DNA of 64,000 bases from a virus. Shown here piece by piece: positions 36,718 to 47,040 of this stretch (its first letter is position 1; every line of letters begins with the position of its first letter). A model generated the notes under the pieces. It had not been told where the DNA came from, did not search any database, and saw only the letters and a list, made by a program, of their open reading frames with translations. Location of the stretch: IMG/VR virus record IMGVR_UViG_3300029267_006021. The stretch is one strand, 5' to 3'. A program made the position numbers and the translations under genes.

Positions 36718-37997
36718 TCTTTTAAATAACCAGTTAATAATAGAGAAAACTTTTTTGAACTCAATATTTCAAAACGCTTACTTAAACTTTTATTATCATT
36801 TTTAGGTTTATTAACACTTCCAGATTCAGGCTGTTTAGATCCAATAATATCTAATTCAGATTTAAATTGGTCATCAAATGATTTTAAATTTCCAGATGGC
36901 GGAGCTCCTGGCGTAGCTGAGGCTGAGGCTGATATTACTGGCATTGTGCCAATAACTTTTACAGGATCAAAGCCATCACGTAACTTAGAACTAACAACGA
37001 GTAGGTCACAAAGTAAAGTTGTTTCATCTAAAACTCGTTTGCGATTTAAAAAGTAATCAGCAATTTTTAAAATATTAGAACCTACAATTTGATAAACCTC
37101 TTTTTCTAAACCATTCTTTTGTAAAAGTGAAGACTTATAAACATCAATACTCTTCCGAGCTAAACCATTATAAATTTTAGAAGGCTCGACCCTATTTAAA
37201 AGATTCTCTACGGATCTTATGGCCTCTGGAGCGTTATCTTTCAAATTCTTTAAAATTTCTAAAAAGGAATCATCTAAATCTAAATCTAATTCCTCTTTAA
37301 CTAAAGTACAAGTAATTTTACCAAATGTAGAGAGTAAATCAACCTTGCCTATAGCATCTCTTACATGTCCTTTTTCAGCCTCTACAATAAGATTTAAAGC
37401 TTCCTTTTCATATTCTATATGTTCTTCTTTACAAATATGTTCTAGACGATCTGTAATTACGGCGTAAGGTATTTTTTTAATAGGGAAAACCCAACTTCTC
37501 GAAACTACTGTATTTAGCATCTTTTCTGGTTCAGTTGTACAAAGTACATATACAGTGGTTTCAGGAGTTTCTTCCATTTGTTTTAATAAAGCATTTTGAG
37601 CTGCTTTTTTCATTTCATGGCATTCATCTAAGCAAATAATTTTAAATTTAGAAATTCCTAAAGGAACATAACTAGCATCCTCTTTTAGTTGTCGAACATT
37701 TTCTATTTTCCCATGTGTAGCTGCATCAATTTCTAGAAAATTCAAATTTTTACCTTCTATCCCACTTTTGCAGCTCTCACATTCATTGCAAGGTTCACCA
37801 TCTGTTTGATTCGGGCACATTAAAGCGCGAGCAAAGATTCGAGCTATGGTAGTCTTACCACTACCATAAGATCCTACAAACATATAAACTGGACGGATAT
37901 CTTTTGAGGTAATATTATGTTTAAGGACTCTAATTGTTTCGGCCTGTCCTAAAACATCTTTAAAGATAAGCGGACGGTATTTGAGAGCAAGCTGCAT
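36693..37997 (-). CDS. dnaX: DNA polymerase III gamma/tau clamp-loader subunit
   Basis: KYRP..GQ, GSYGSGKTT, PCNECESC, EIDAA, LDECH, NALLK..EE. Confidence 0.93.
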   Translation of the reverse strand: MQLALKYRPLIFKDVLGQAETIRVLKHNITSKDIRPVYMFVGSYGSGKTTIARIFARALMCPNQTDGEPCNECESCKSGIEGKNLNFLEIDAATHGKIENVRQLKEDASYVPLGISKFKIICLDECHEMKKAAQNALLKQMEETPETTVYVLCTTEPEKMLNTVVSRSWVFPIKKIPYAVITDRLEHICKEEHIEYEKEALNLIVEAEKGHVRDAIGKVDLLSTFGKITCTLVKEELDLDLDDSFLEILKNLKDNAPEAIRSVENLLNRVEPSKIYNGLARKSIDVYKSSLLQKNGLEKEVYQIVGSNILKIADYFLNRKRVLDETTLLCDLLVVSSKLRDGFDPVKVIGTMPVISASASATPGAPPSGNLKSFDDQFKSELDIIGSKQPESGSVNKPKNDNKSLSKRFEILSSKKFSLLLTGYLKEWLENADG

Positions 37998-38011
37998 TAT
38001 TCTTCTCTACT

Positions 38012-39196
38012 CTATTTCTTGGGTGTTACAATAAATGTGGTTCTGGGTCTCTTAAAAAAGATCTTATTTACTTCATCATTAAAAAAGAATTCAACTTTTT
38101 TGTCATCAATAGCATTGAGAAAATCTAAGAAATAATCTGGATTACAAGCAAAGTCTTTCTCGATTGGTGAATTGACTTTGATTTTTCTCTTGGTTTTGGA
38201 AGTATTCAATTCACTAAACAAAGTCATTCTCTGATCTGCAATTTCAAAATCAATCCGACTATCAAAAGATTCAGAAAGAATCGATACCCAATCTATTGCA
38301 TCCTTTAGAGACTTTCGGTCAACCTCAACTACATTAGAAGACTGTTCTCCTAGCTTTACATACTTATCCAAATCTGGGAAATCATTTTTTAACAACTGTA
38401 CTGTAAGTGTCGTAGTAATATTCTTGAATGTTAAATGATTTTTAGGGCCAATTAAAAAACTAGTTGGACGCATGCGAATTAGTTCTCTAATTGAATCACG
38501 AGAAAGAAAGAATTCATCTTTTAATTTAGAATTCTCAATCTCCCCAGTTACCCTACAAATCTTCTTATTATCACAACTAGTTAATGAAAGATGTCCTGAA
38601 TCAATTTTAAAATGTAAGCCTTTCAAATCAAAACGAGATTCAATCTCACAAATAGCAACCTGAGCCAATTTGAGCATTGGGACAAAATCTTCAGGAAGAT
38701 TAACCTCTTCTACATCAGGAATCTCAATCTTTGGAAAATCATCAATATCCGCTGCGGCATCATGAGTTAAAGTTGCCTTAGCATCTGCGTTTTCGCATGT
38801 TACAATAAGATTTTGGTCCTCATCAGTCTTTAGACTCACTTTATAACTTCCACCTAATTTACTGACGATTTCATGAAAACGCGAAGCAAGAGTAGCGACT
38901 CTGCCTTCTTCCTTAATTTTAAGTACATCCTTTCGTATAGATTCAGTATTTTCCTCTGAACCCTCCTCAGAGCTTTCTTTAGTACTAGGTTTCTTTTGTT
39001 TCTCGACATATTCAGCATCTTCACCCACCGTCCAACTTATAGTTAGATCATCTGAAGAAGCTGAAATGGAAAATTCCTTCTCTCTAGCCTCAAGAACAAA
39101 ACAGTTGAGAATAGGAACAAGACCTTTTGAACTCACAATAGGTTTTACACGAGTTAAACCCTCAAGCAAAACATCACTATCAATAAGAATTTCCAT
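38012..39196 (-). CDS. dnaN: DNA polymerase III beta sliding clamp
   Basis: PILNCFVL, DDFPKI, LKGLHF..SCD, FPDL, NPDYFLDFL; adjacent to dnaX. Confidence 0.85.
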   Translation of the reverse strand: MEILIDSDVLLEGLTRVKPIVSSKGLVPILNCFVLEAREKEFSISASSDDLTISWTVGEDAEYVEKQKKPSTKESSEEGSEENTESIRKDVLKIKEEGRVATLASRFHEIVSKLGGSYKVSLKTDEDQNLIVTCENADAKATLTHDAAADIDDFPKIEIPDVEEVNLPEDFVPMLKLAQVAICEIESRFDLKGLHFKIDSGHLSLTSCDNKKICRVTGEIENSKLKDEFFLSRDSIRELIRMRPTSFLIGPKNHLTFKNITTTLTVQLLKNDFPDLDKYVKLGEQSSNVVEVDRKSLKDAIDWVSILSESFDSRIDFEIADQRMTLFSELNTSKTKRKIKVNSPIEKDFACNPDYFLDFLNAIDDKKVEFFFNDEVNKIFFKRPRTTFIVTPKK

Positions 39197-39384
39197 TGAC
39201 TAATCCTCCTTCAAATTAGGAATGCCTCTTAGAAGATTTTCTCTTAGTTCTTGAATTTCCCGGATAACAGCAATAAAAGCTGCTTTGTCCACAATGACAT
39301 GGTCTTTATCAAGACCAAACTCTCGCTCTAGATGGGGATGAGTATGAAACAATTCTCCCTGAACTTTAATTTGCATTTTATGCT

Positions 39385-40269
39385 CTAAAAAAAAGATTCT
39401 TCTGAAGATTTAAATTTTACATTGCGATCATTAATCCAATCCCCAAAATCTAAATAATAAATTAAATTTACAACACACCTCGCATAATTTTCTTTGCTAA
39501 CTCGCTTAAAATTTAGATCTAATTTTTCTAAGCGTTCTAAAAACTCTTTGCGTTCTTTTTTGCTATTCCAATTAAGAATATGATTTACTGAATATCTTTT
39601 ACGCGGTTTATTAAGGACTGATACTACTGCAATAATTGTCTTACCTAAAGTTTTATCCCAAAATTTAATTGAGCCATAAGCGCCCGACAAACACCAACTT
39701 AGGCTATCAACTGTATACCATGGAAACCATAAACACCATCTTGTATCTGTCATCCCATAACCATGGAACTTATGATCTGGAGCGATCTGAAAAAGCTGTT
39801 CGAACTCCCCGCGAAGCTTAGCTGAATGATAAGGCTCTACCGCTGTGCCAATGCCAAAATACTCATAATTATCAAGATACTTATGAAACCATTTTAATTC
39901 TTCGCCGACATGGTAAGCAGGTAAGGGATTAAGACCATAACTTTCCATAATCTTTTGATTTTCCCAACTCTTTTCTGGATTCCCTTTAACATCAAGAGAA
40001 GCCACTACATCAAATAAATGTCCATACTTTACAACAAACTTTGAATATTCATGTACGTCTATTTCAAGTCCTTTATTAAATGCTGTATAAGCACCGCTAT
40101 CTAAAAAGACCTTATGGGCTCCAATTTCCTTGATCTTTTTCTCAGGATCCTTTTGGTCCTTAAGCCAAAAATAACTCTCAAGAGCATTATATTTATAACC
40201 AAGTTTTTTGAGATGTGGAAGTACCCATGTATTTGACACACCATGCAAATCAGCTAAAAATAAAATCAT
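39385..40269 (-). CDS. dpdA: DpdA/TGT-like 7-deazaguanine DNA transglycosylase
   Basis: FLDSGAYT, LDVKG, PAYH, HGYGMT, WYTVDSLSW; clustered with que genes. Confidence 0.8.
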   Translation of the reverse strand: MILFLADLHGVSNTWVLPHLKKLGYKYNALESYFWLKDQKDPEKKIKEIGAHKVFLDSGAYTAFNKGLEIDVHEYSKFVVKYGHLFDVVASLDVKGNPEKSWENQKIMESYGLNPLPAYHVGEELKWFHKYLDNYEYFGIGTAVEPYHSAKLRGEFEQLFQIAPDHKFHGYGMTDTRWCLWFPWYTVDSLSWCLSGAYGSIKFWDKTLGKTIIAVVSVLNKPRKRYSVNHILNWNSKKERKEFLERLEKLDLNFKRVSKENYARCVVNLIYYLDFGDWINDRNVKFKSSEESFF

Positions 40270-40277
40270 TAAAGCCT

Positions 40278-41123
40278 CTATAATGGAATTGTGTATTCAG
40301 GTTCGATACCAAATTGTTCTACGATCTCTTTCTTTTCTTTTCGAAGGCATATTTGGATAATACTACGATGATCTACCAAGGAAACCTCTTTTGATCTAAA
40401 ACGTTCATAAATTAAACCTAAAGTTTCGGCACTTCTTCTAAAATCATATCTACCCTCACCTCTAAGACTTTTGAGCATCTCAGGAATATAGTCAAAAGCA
40501 ATCTTGTCATAGCACCCTTCTAAAGGATTAACTTCATACCCTTCTTCAATGCCATGTAACTTTAGAGCAACATATCTTCTAAAACAAGCTTGGCATCTGC
40601 CACAAGGCTTCTCTGTATCCCTATAACAAGAAAATGACTTTAAAATCAGGTCCTTTGCTTCTGTAAAGCCCTTCTCTTTAATTAACCAACGAATTGTATC
40701 TTCTTTTGTGTAATTCCAAAATGGACTATCCACTACTACTGATTTAGAACGATAATCCAACTGTTCAGTTAAAAATCTAGACATTTTCATAGTGTAATCT
40801 GGATTTTTATCTACAACAACATCAGAACCTAATCCTGCTAACCAAATGCGGTTTGCATGCAAACTTGCGATTAAGATTAAAAAAGTATTACGTAAAGGAA
40901 CAAAACCTGAACCATCCCCAAATTCATAATTTCTCAAATTTGTTGCACTATCTATAGTTAAATCCATATGTAATTCAGAAGCCAAATCTTTAACTTTTTT
41001 CCACTCAATATGAGAATAACGTGTTTGAAAATTAACAAATAAAACTGGAGGATGGTTCAAAAACTCCCAAGCAATGAGGGAATCAGTGCCTCCTGAAAAT
41101 AATAAAATTTCATTTTTTAGCAT
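40278..41123 (-). CDS. queC: 7-cyano-7-deazaguanine synthase
   Basis: LFSGGTDS, FVPLRN, SCY..PCGRCQAC. Confidence 0.9.
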   Translation of the reverse strand: MLKNEILLFSGGTDSLIAWEFLNHPPVLFVNFQTRYSHIEWKKVKDLASELHMDLTIDSATNLRNYEFGDGSGFVPLRNTFLILIASLHANRIWLAGLGSDVVVDKNPDYTMKMSRFLTEQLDYRSKSVVVDSPFWNYTKEDTIRWLIKEKGFTEAKDLILKSFSCYRDTEKPCGRCQACFRRYVALKLHGIEEGYEVNPLEGCYDKIAFDYIPEMLKSLRGEGRYDFRRSAETLGLIYERFRSKEVSLVDHRSIIQICLRKEKKEIVEQFGIEPEYTIPL

Positions 41124-41305
41124 ATTTTTGCTTCCTTAATGACCTTAACACATTCCTCACAAATTTGTTTTTTGCAAAATAAAGGTCTATCAGACAAACA
41201 AGTCAAAACCCATTGGCTTGCTCGAACACCAAAGTTGAATAACTTCTTCTTTGGGTTCAATTGCTTTCTACCACACAAATCACAAAAATAAATAATCTCT
41301 TCCAT
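41117..41305 (-). CDS. Small zinc-finger protein
   Basis: CDLC..CEEC. Confidence 0.5.
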   Translation of the reverse strand: MEEIIYFCDLCGRKQLNPKKKLFNFGVRASQWVLTCLSDRPLFCKKQICEECVKVIKEAKIC

Positions 41306-41313
41306 AGCAACCT

Positions 41314-41859
41314 TTAGCTAATTAAAACAACAACAAAAGGTTTTTCAAGATCTGTGTTCAAAAAAGTTCTGCATATAGAATTGATATTCTTAATTTCTTC
41401 TGATGTTAATGCGGAAGTATTATCAACAAAAACCACCTCAATTGGAAGACCTGCTATCCCTGCCAAACTTAAAGGTGTACAAAAGTAAGTTTTGTGTGAA
41501 GGTTTTTCAAAAATTTGCTTAAAAACATTTCTTGCTTGCTTCTCTAGACTTGAATTCGCGCAAATAAAAGCAGAGTGTTTAAACATATCATGAGCTAATT
41601 TTATCGCTGCTGTAGTCTGTCCCGTTTGTCTACCACAACCAACTCTCACAATACAATACTCTTCTAGAAAATGGGGTAAGCGAGTTTGGTGCAAAGAAAA
41701 ATACTTTTGATTTTCGATACAATTTAAAATAAGAATTTTCATTGCTTCCTGTGTATTATTGCTTAAAGAATCCAAGTCCCTCGTTGCTGAAACTACTGCT
41801 TCTTTTTGGTCTTTTGTTAAATCTGTCATTTGACTCTTCTCATCAATATGATTTGCCAT
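41314..41859 (-). CDS. Hypothetical protein with degenerate P-loop/helicase-like motifs
   Basis: GRQTGQTT and VVFVDN; start inferred at MANHID. Confidence 0.5.
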   Translation of the reverse strand: MANHIDEKSQMTDLTKDQKEAVVSATRDLDSLSNNTQEAMKILILNCIENQKYFSLHQTRLPHFLEEYCIVRVGCGRQTGQTTAAIKLAHDMFKHSAFICANSSLEKQARNVFKQIFEKPSHKTYFCTPLSLAGIAGLPIEVVFVDNTSALTSEEIKNINSICRTFLNTDLEKPFVVVLIS

Positions 41860-42844
41860 GTTGGAAGTTTTTCTTACCTCTATTAGGATCCTCTGCATAC
41901 ATGTGTTCAGATTCAAGAATATGATCCCAACAGCAACCAGGACAAACTTGCACATCTTTCTTAAAATCTTTTTTGAACTGTTTAAGCTTTTCTGGATCTA
42001 TTAAATCCCAAATTTTATACTTACTAACACGCTCTCCTCTAAGATCAATACAACACATTAAACTACCATCTGAATCAATAGTCAGCAAAGCTGGCTCTTT
42101 ACAATGCCAATCTAAACCTACTCCATATTTAGGAAAGTATTCTTCAAAGAAAGGCTCAAATTGGTGTATTAAATAACCTTGCTTTTTCAAATCTAACATT
42201 TGCTCACAATACCATTCGATATCTTTCTGTTGTTCTGGTTTGATACGATCGTTATGAGGTCCAGTATAGCGATACATCCAAAAATCATGGTTATCTGGAT
42301 CGTCATGTAGAGGCGATGTGATAACCCAAATATTGTGATCAGTAAAAAACTTAACAATGTCCGGAACTAATCTCAAATTCCAAGAACAAAGCCCCATATT
42401 TGCTAGAGCATCAGGAACTTCCTTTACCATTTCAAGTAAAAGTTTTGTACCTCTTTGTGATTTTAATTCATTATGTTGCTTAACATTAAAATCTTTAATT
42501 AAATCAACGCTACATGAAATTTGCTTTAAATTTAATTCCATATATCTTTCAACCGAATAAGTTGCGTTTGAAATTAAGGCATAAGGAAGAGAATGCCCAT
42601 TAAGATATCCAATAATTTGATTAATATCTTGACGAAACATTGGTTCGCCACCGAAAATTACATGCATACCTACACCTAATTTTTCAGTGGCGTCAAAAAC
42701 CTTTTTCCAACCTTCAATATCAAGTTCAGGTTCTTGTGAATCTTTTTTAACAACACCGCAATAGCTACATCTAAGATTACACTTTCTTGTAACAAAAATG
42801 CAAGCCTTTAAAGGGTGCCAAATATCCATTAGTTCTTGATCCAT
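41843..42844 (-). CDS. Radical SAM protein with C-terminal SPASM/Twitch-like cysteines
   Basis: CNLRCSYC, FGGEP, C..IDSDGSLMCC..CPGCCW. Confidence 0.9.
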   Translation of the reverse strand: MDQELMDIWHPLKACIFVTRKCNLRCSYCGVVKKDSQEPELDIEGWKKVFDATEKLGVGMHVIFGGEPMFRQDINQIIGYLNGHSLPYALISNATYSVERYMELNLKQISCSVDLIKDFNVKQHNELKSQRGTKLLLEMVKEVPDALANMGLCSWNLRLVPDIVKFFTDHNIWVITSPLHDDPDNHDFWMYRYTGPHNDRIKPEQQKDIEWYCEQMLDLKKQGYLIHQFEPFFEEYFPKYGVGLDWHCKEPALLTIDSDGSLMCCIDLRGERVSKYKIWDLIDPEKLKQFKKDFKKDVQVCPGCCWDHILESEHMYAEDPNRGKKNFQHGKSY

Positions 42845-42860
42845 TTCATTCTCCTATTCA

Positions 42861-43640
42861 TTACCACTCAAACATAGCATAAGCAGTATGATTATGGATA
42901 CTCTCCATACTCTCACACTCAATCTTGCCATGAGATATCTTTAAATTAGATTCGCGAATAGCAACAGCCACATCCCGAACTACATCTTCAACGAATTTGG
43001 GATGGTCAAACATTTTCTCGGTAACAAATTTTTCGTCAGCTCTTTTTAAAAGCGGAAATATCTCGCAACTACCTTGTTGCTCTACAAGCGAAATGATATC
43101 CTCAAACCAAGTGAATTCCTGGGCCTCAAGTGTAAGAGTTATAATAGCTTTTTGGTTATGAGCTCCCTGATCAGAAATCTCTAAGGAACAAGGACAAACT
43201 GTTGTAACTGGAACTTCAACTCTAAGGGTATCTCCTTGAGAAAACCCGCTATGAGAACTATTCATAATAATACCACACTTATAAGGCGCTGTCATTATAT
43301 TATGAGTAGCCGGAGAAGACTTATTTACAAAGTAAGTAAAGAATGCTTCTAAGTGAACATGGTCAGCCTTAAAACTGTTTTTAATGCGTTCTACAGCTGT
43401 GCCAAAGAGCTTAAAAGCAGTGCCCTCGAGTCTCACGCACTCTTCTAAAGCTTCAACAAAGCGAGACATATGTGTACCTTTAACCTCAGCAGGCAAATCT
43501 GCATAAAAATTAAATAAAGCTGTTGTCCTAATAGTTGTTTTATCAGGACGTTGTAAACAAATAGGAAACTCTAAACCTCTAACTCCAACCTTATTAAGTT
43601 TAATACCTCTTTCATCTTTAGTCTTTTGTACGTCTTTCAT
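42861..43640 (-). CDS. folE2: GTP cyclohydrolase I type B (FolE2)
   Basis: KGTHMSRF, TVCPCS, GAHNQ, KRADEK, PKFVED, ESIHNH. Confidence 0.93.
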   Translation of the reverse strand: MKDVQKTKDERGIKLNKVGVRGLEFPICLQRPDKTTIRTTALFNFYADLPAEVKGTHMSRFVEALEECVRLEGTAFKLFGTAVERIKNSFKADHVHLEAFFTYFVNKSSPATHNIMTAPYKCGIIMNSSHSGFSQGDTLRVEVPVTTVCPCSLEISDQGAHNQKAIITLTLEAQEFTWFEDIISLVEQQGSCEIFPLLKRADEKFVTEKMFDHPKFVEDVVRDVAVAIRESNLKISHGKIECESMESIHNHTAYAMFEW

Positions 43641-43647
43641 TTTACCT

Positions 43648-44016
43648 CTAAAGTAACTTTGGGCACTCTAGAAAAGCAAATTCGTCTACTTTTTTATAAG
43701 CATTTTCGTCTATAAAAAAGTCATAAGGCATTTTACCTAAGATTAAACGATCATAAGGAACATTATTTGAATGTAACCATGTTTGGGTAATCTCTCGGTC
43801 AGCTTCATATCTTGCTGACCAAAGTACAATAAAATAATGTTCTTTAATTTGCTGCAGAAATTTAATTTGACCTTCTTTTGGAATAGCTTTTGCATAATGA
43901 GGAAAAGAATTATCTTCACAAAGAGTCCCGTCAATATCAACAATAATTGCCTGTTTATCTGTACCCCAAAATTCCGAAGGTTTCATTAAACTCCTCCTTT
44001 TCCTTCCCACAACCAA
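43648..44016 (-). CDS. HAD-family phosphatase (capless)
   Basis: VDIDGTLC, WSAR, GK..YDFFIDE. Confidence 0.8.
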   Translation of the reverse strand: MVVGRKRRSLMKPSEFWGTDKQAIIVDIDGTLCEDNSFPHYAKAIPKEGQIKFLQQIKEHYFIVLWSARYEADREITQTWLHSNNVPYDRLILGKMPYDFFIDENAYKKVDEFAFLECPKLL

Positions 44017-44663
44017 ACATGTAATCTCGGACTGAAATTGTAATCATATTTTTTGCATTGCTCAACTAACCATAAAGAAGTTTCTTTGAGATCTTTATCA
44101 GTTATGCCTTGAGGCATCATATAAACATTAATCAAGCCCAACTCTCTTATTAAATCAGATGCCTCTACAAAATCGGAATGATTTCCAATAACAAACTTAA
44201 AAATATGGTTCGTTAAATTATATACAGTTAAAAGATCTTTTTGAATTGAACAATCTAAGGCATTTCCCGAATTTGAAAGTTTAGGTGAAACATTCCATTG
44301 AATCTTAGAAGAAAACAAACAAAACATAGGAGGCCTTAGAGTTCCATTTGTTTCAACCTCAATGTTATAACCAAGAACCAAAAGATTCTTAACTAAAGCC
44401 CCAAAATCTTGCTGAAAAACTGGCTCGCCACCAGTTAAACATACATTCTTACAACTATAATCAGACAGATGTCCTAAAACAGCTTCCTGGGTTAAAGACT
44501 TACCCTGTTCTCTAGAAGCATAACTCGAATCACAAAAATCACAGGACAAATTACAGGTTGCTGTCCTAATGAAAATAGTTGGAACTCCAACATTTTTACC
44601 TTCTCCTTGCACTGAATAAAATATTTCTGAAATTTGCATAAGATAACCTTTAAATCTTGACAA
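43986..44663 (-). CDS. queE: 7-carboxy-7-deazaguanine synthase
   Basis: EIFYSVQGEG, CNLSCDFCDS, TGGEP, ETNG, SPK, SPRLH. Confidence 0.93.
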   Translation of the reverse strand: MSRFKGYLMQISEIFYSVQGEGKNVGVPTIFIRTATCNLSCDFCDSSYASREQGKSLTQEAVLGHLSDYSCKNVCLTGGEPVFQQDFGALVKNLLVLGYNIEVETNGTLRPPMFCLFSSKIQWNVSPKLSNSGNALDCSIQKDLLTVYNLTNHIFKFVIGNHSDFVEASDLIRELGLINVYMMPQGITDKDLKETSLWLVEQCKKYDYNFSPRLHVWLWEGKGGV

Positions 44664-45024
44664 TACCTAAATTCTGGGCAAGAGTATAAATATGTTTATC
44701 ATTAACATAAAATGCATGACTTCCCTCGGATTCTACTACTTCAACCATAAAACAAGAAGGTATTCTATCACATAAATACTTACTAATATTTTCAGCTGTC
44801 GGGTTTTCAATAAAATCATTTAAATAGGCATGATCTAACTGATTAACAATTTTTTTAATTTCTGTAAAGTCAATAACCATATCATGATTATCAAGAGCAT
44901 AATCAAAACAAGCGCAATAAACTGTAATAAACCAGCCATGCCCATGAAGGTTGCGACATTTTCCTTCATAATTCGGTAACTTGTGAGCAGCAGATACTTG
45001 CATCTTTTTCTTTAAAAAATACAT
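44650..45024 (-). CDS. queD: 6-carboxy-5,6,7,8-tetrahydropterin synthase
   Basis: AAHKL..KCRNLHGH, DF..LDH..LN, PTAEN. Confidence 0.93.
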   Translation of the reverse strand: MYFLKKKMQVSAAHKLPNYEGKCRNLHGHGWFITVYCACFDYALDNHDMVIDFTEIKKIVNQLDHAYLNDFIENPTAENISKYLCDRIPSCFMVEVVESEGSHAFYVNDKHIYTLAQNLGIVKI

Positions 45025-45033
45025 TTTAAATCC

Positions 45034-45789
45034 TTAAAATAAAATCAAACGATCTATCTGTGACTTAAGAACTTTCTGAAAACCCTCTTCTCCCAACTTC
45101 TCCCATAACTCGTTAAGATCTTTTGCTAAATACGAAATCTTAATTAATTCAACAGCATTACCTAATTTCTCTTGTAATTTTACAAAGCCTGATTCTCCTG
45201 CTTTATCATTATCTAAAAGAGAAAAAATCCTTTTAACATATCTTTTAAAAAAAGTAATCTGAAGAGCAGAAATATTAGCAGTTAAAATGCTCAAACTATT
45301 AGGAAAAAGACGAAACAAAGGGTGGTAATCAAAAACGCCTTCAGTAATAAATACCTCTTCCGTTGCCCAAATTTTTTCAAATGCTTGGTTTAAACCATAA
45401 AAGGTTCCCTCTAAATTATGTAAAACTGACATAAATTTTGTTTTAAATTTCTTTGTGTCCTGGGCAGTAAAGCCAATTAGTTGTTCTTGACTATTTTTTA
45501 AAGGAAAAATAAGCTTCCCTCGAAGTAAACTACCATCTGAGGACCACCTTTTAAATTCTTTCCAATCAGTTCCAGATAAATCTTTAATTTTTGGTTTAGA
45601 ATCAAAGAAACGAATACCAAAAAAATCTATTTCTTCTCTTGTAACCCCGCGAGACAACAAATAATCTAAAACCTCGTCAGGAGGATAAATTGTTTGCTCG
45701 TAGTAATAATTTAAACACTGCATTTGAAATTTAATCTTTTCTTTTGAATAGTCTGAAAATTTTTTGAAAGAAAGAATACTTTTCCTCAA
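45034..45789 (-). CDS. DNA primase (DnaG-like core/Toprim)
   Basis: YLLSRG, LIFPL..GF, ITEGVFD, LDNDKAG, KDLNE. Confidence 0.85.
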   Translation of the reverse strand: MRKSILSFKKFSDYSKEKIKFQMQCLNYYYEQTIYPPDEVLDYLLSRGVTREEIDFFGIRFFDSKPKIKDLSGTDWKEFKRWSSDGSLLRGKLIFPLKNSQEQLIGFTAQDTKKFKTKFMSVLHNLEGTFYGLNQAFEKIWATEEVFITEGVFDYHPLFRLFPNSLSILTANISALQITFFKRYVKRIFSLLDNDKAGESGFVKLQEKLGNAVELIKISYLAKDLNELWEKLGEEGFQKVLKSQIDRLILF

Positions 45790-46144
45790 GCACCCATTCT
45801 AAAAGATAGATATCTTTATATTTTTCTTTACAAGTCTCTACATCTTTAAGATCTGCTTTAAATTGTTTGGCAATTTGTTTTTTTGAAAACTTTAAAGTAA
45901 AACGTGAACAACTTTTAGCGTCATCTATAATATCACAAATCGTTCCTTGCCAAAAAGGCTGATTTACTTCCTTGGGGTCTTTTGGAATACATAACCCTAT
46001 TGTATCATTACTATTTTGTAAAGGCTGCCTAAAATTAAATTTACAATTTTCTGGCTTACAAGATAAATATTTTTTATACAATTTTTGTAAATGCCGATAC
46101 TTTAAATCTTTAATTTTTCGTCTAATTTCTTTAGGAGTTCTCAT
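45731..46144 (-). CDS. Hypothetical Cys-containing protein
   Basis: CKPENCKFN..C..C..C. Confidence 0.55.
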   Translation of the reverse strand: MRTPKEIRRKIKDLKYRHLQKLYKKYLSCKPENCKFNFRQPLQNSNDTIGLCIPKDPKEVNQPFWQGTICDIIDDAKSCSRFTLKFSKKQIAKQFKADLKDVETCKEKYKDIYLLEWVLEEKYSFFQKIFRLFKRKD

Positions 46145-46767
46145 TTAACTTTGGCAATCTTAGCACAATTCTGGTCATTATCGGCTACTACTTTATAAAT
46201 GTGATGAGCAAATTCAGGCAAAGTATCTCGATTTTGAGTTACTAAAAGCATGTCGAAATTCAACTTCTCACACATCTCTCTAAGTAACTTAGAAACGTTA
46301 GAACTGTATTCAGAATCGACAGCATTAAAGCTCTCGTCTAAAATTATTATTCGTCTTAAAGAAAGCTTAATAATTACAATGAGACGCAATAAAAAAGACT
46401 CAATTGTTGCGATACTACCCCCGAAAGTTTCAAGTACTTCACCAACAATCTGACCATTCTTTATTGTTTTAAACTCAAGTCCAATTTTCCCTTTACCTCT
46501 TTTAACTTGGGCTTCAAACTTTAAATCTTGATCTGGAAAAGCAACCTTCAAACCATAAGTAACAAGATCTTCAACTTTTTTAACATTATCTACAATTAAA
46601 TCATCAAGCAAATGCTTAAATAACTCAACAACTTTATCTAGAATCCTGGTCTCTGATTCTAAATCAGTAATTTCTTTTTCTAAATCTTCAGATTTCTTCA
46701 ATAGTTGCTTGTGAACAATTGTTGTTTCTTGAATACGATATAGAAGTTGATCAATTTGAGATTTCAT
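46141..46767 (-). CDS. SbcC/Rad50 C-terminal half
   Basis: FGGS signature-like, IILDESF Walker B, LLVTQ. Confidence 0.8.
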   Translation of the reverse strand: MKSQIDQLLYRIQETTIVHKQLLKKSEDLEKEITDLESETRILDKVVELFKHLLDDLIVDNVKKVEDLVTYGLKVAFPDQDLKFEAQVKRGKGKIGLEFKTIKNGQIVGEVLETFGGSIATIESFLLRLIVIIKLSLRRIIILDESFNAVDSEYSSNVSKLLREMCEKLNFDMLLVTQNRDTLPEFAHHIYKVVADNDQNCAKIAKVK

Positions 46768-47029
46768 CGTTGCTTTCTATTTCATTTAAAATTTCTTCAG
46801 ATTTGGAAATTTTTTGCTGAACTATTTCAAGAGTCTCATTTAATTCCTTTTCTTTTTGCTCTTTAATCTGTTGCAAATTCTTTGGGTCATAACCTGCTTC
46901 TTTAATCTGCTTTAAAAGTGTACTTAATTTTTTCTTTTCTGCTCGGAGTCTTTCTTGCAATCGAATCTTTTTCTCGTTGATTTCTTTGCTCTTTTGTTGA
47001 ATTTGAGTAATTTGTTCTGATAAATCCAT
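46751..47029 (-). CDS. Coiled-coil protein
   Basis: Heptad-rich Q/K/E sequence. Confidence 0.55.
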   Translation of the reverse strand: MDLSEQITQIQQKSKEINEKKIRLQERLRAEKKKLSTLLKQIKEAGYDPKNLQQIKEQKEKELNETLEIVQQKISKSEEILNEIESNDEISN

Positions 47030-47040
47030 TAATTAAACCT

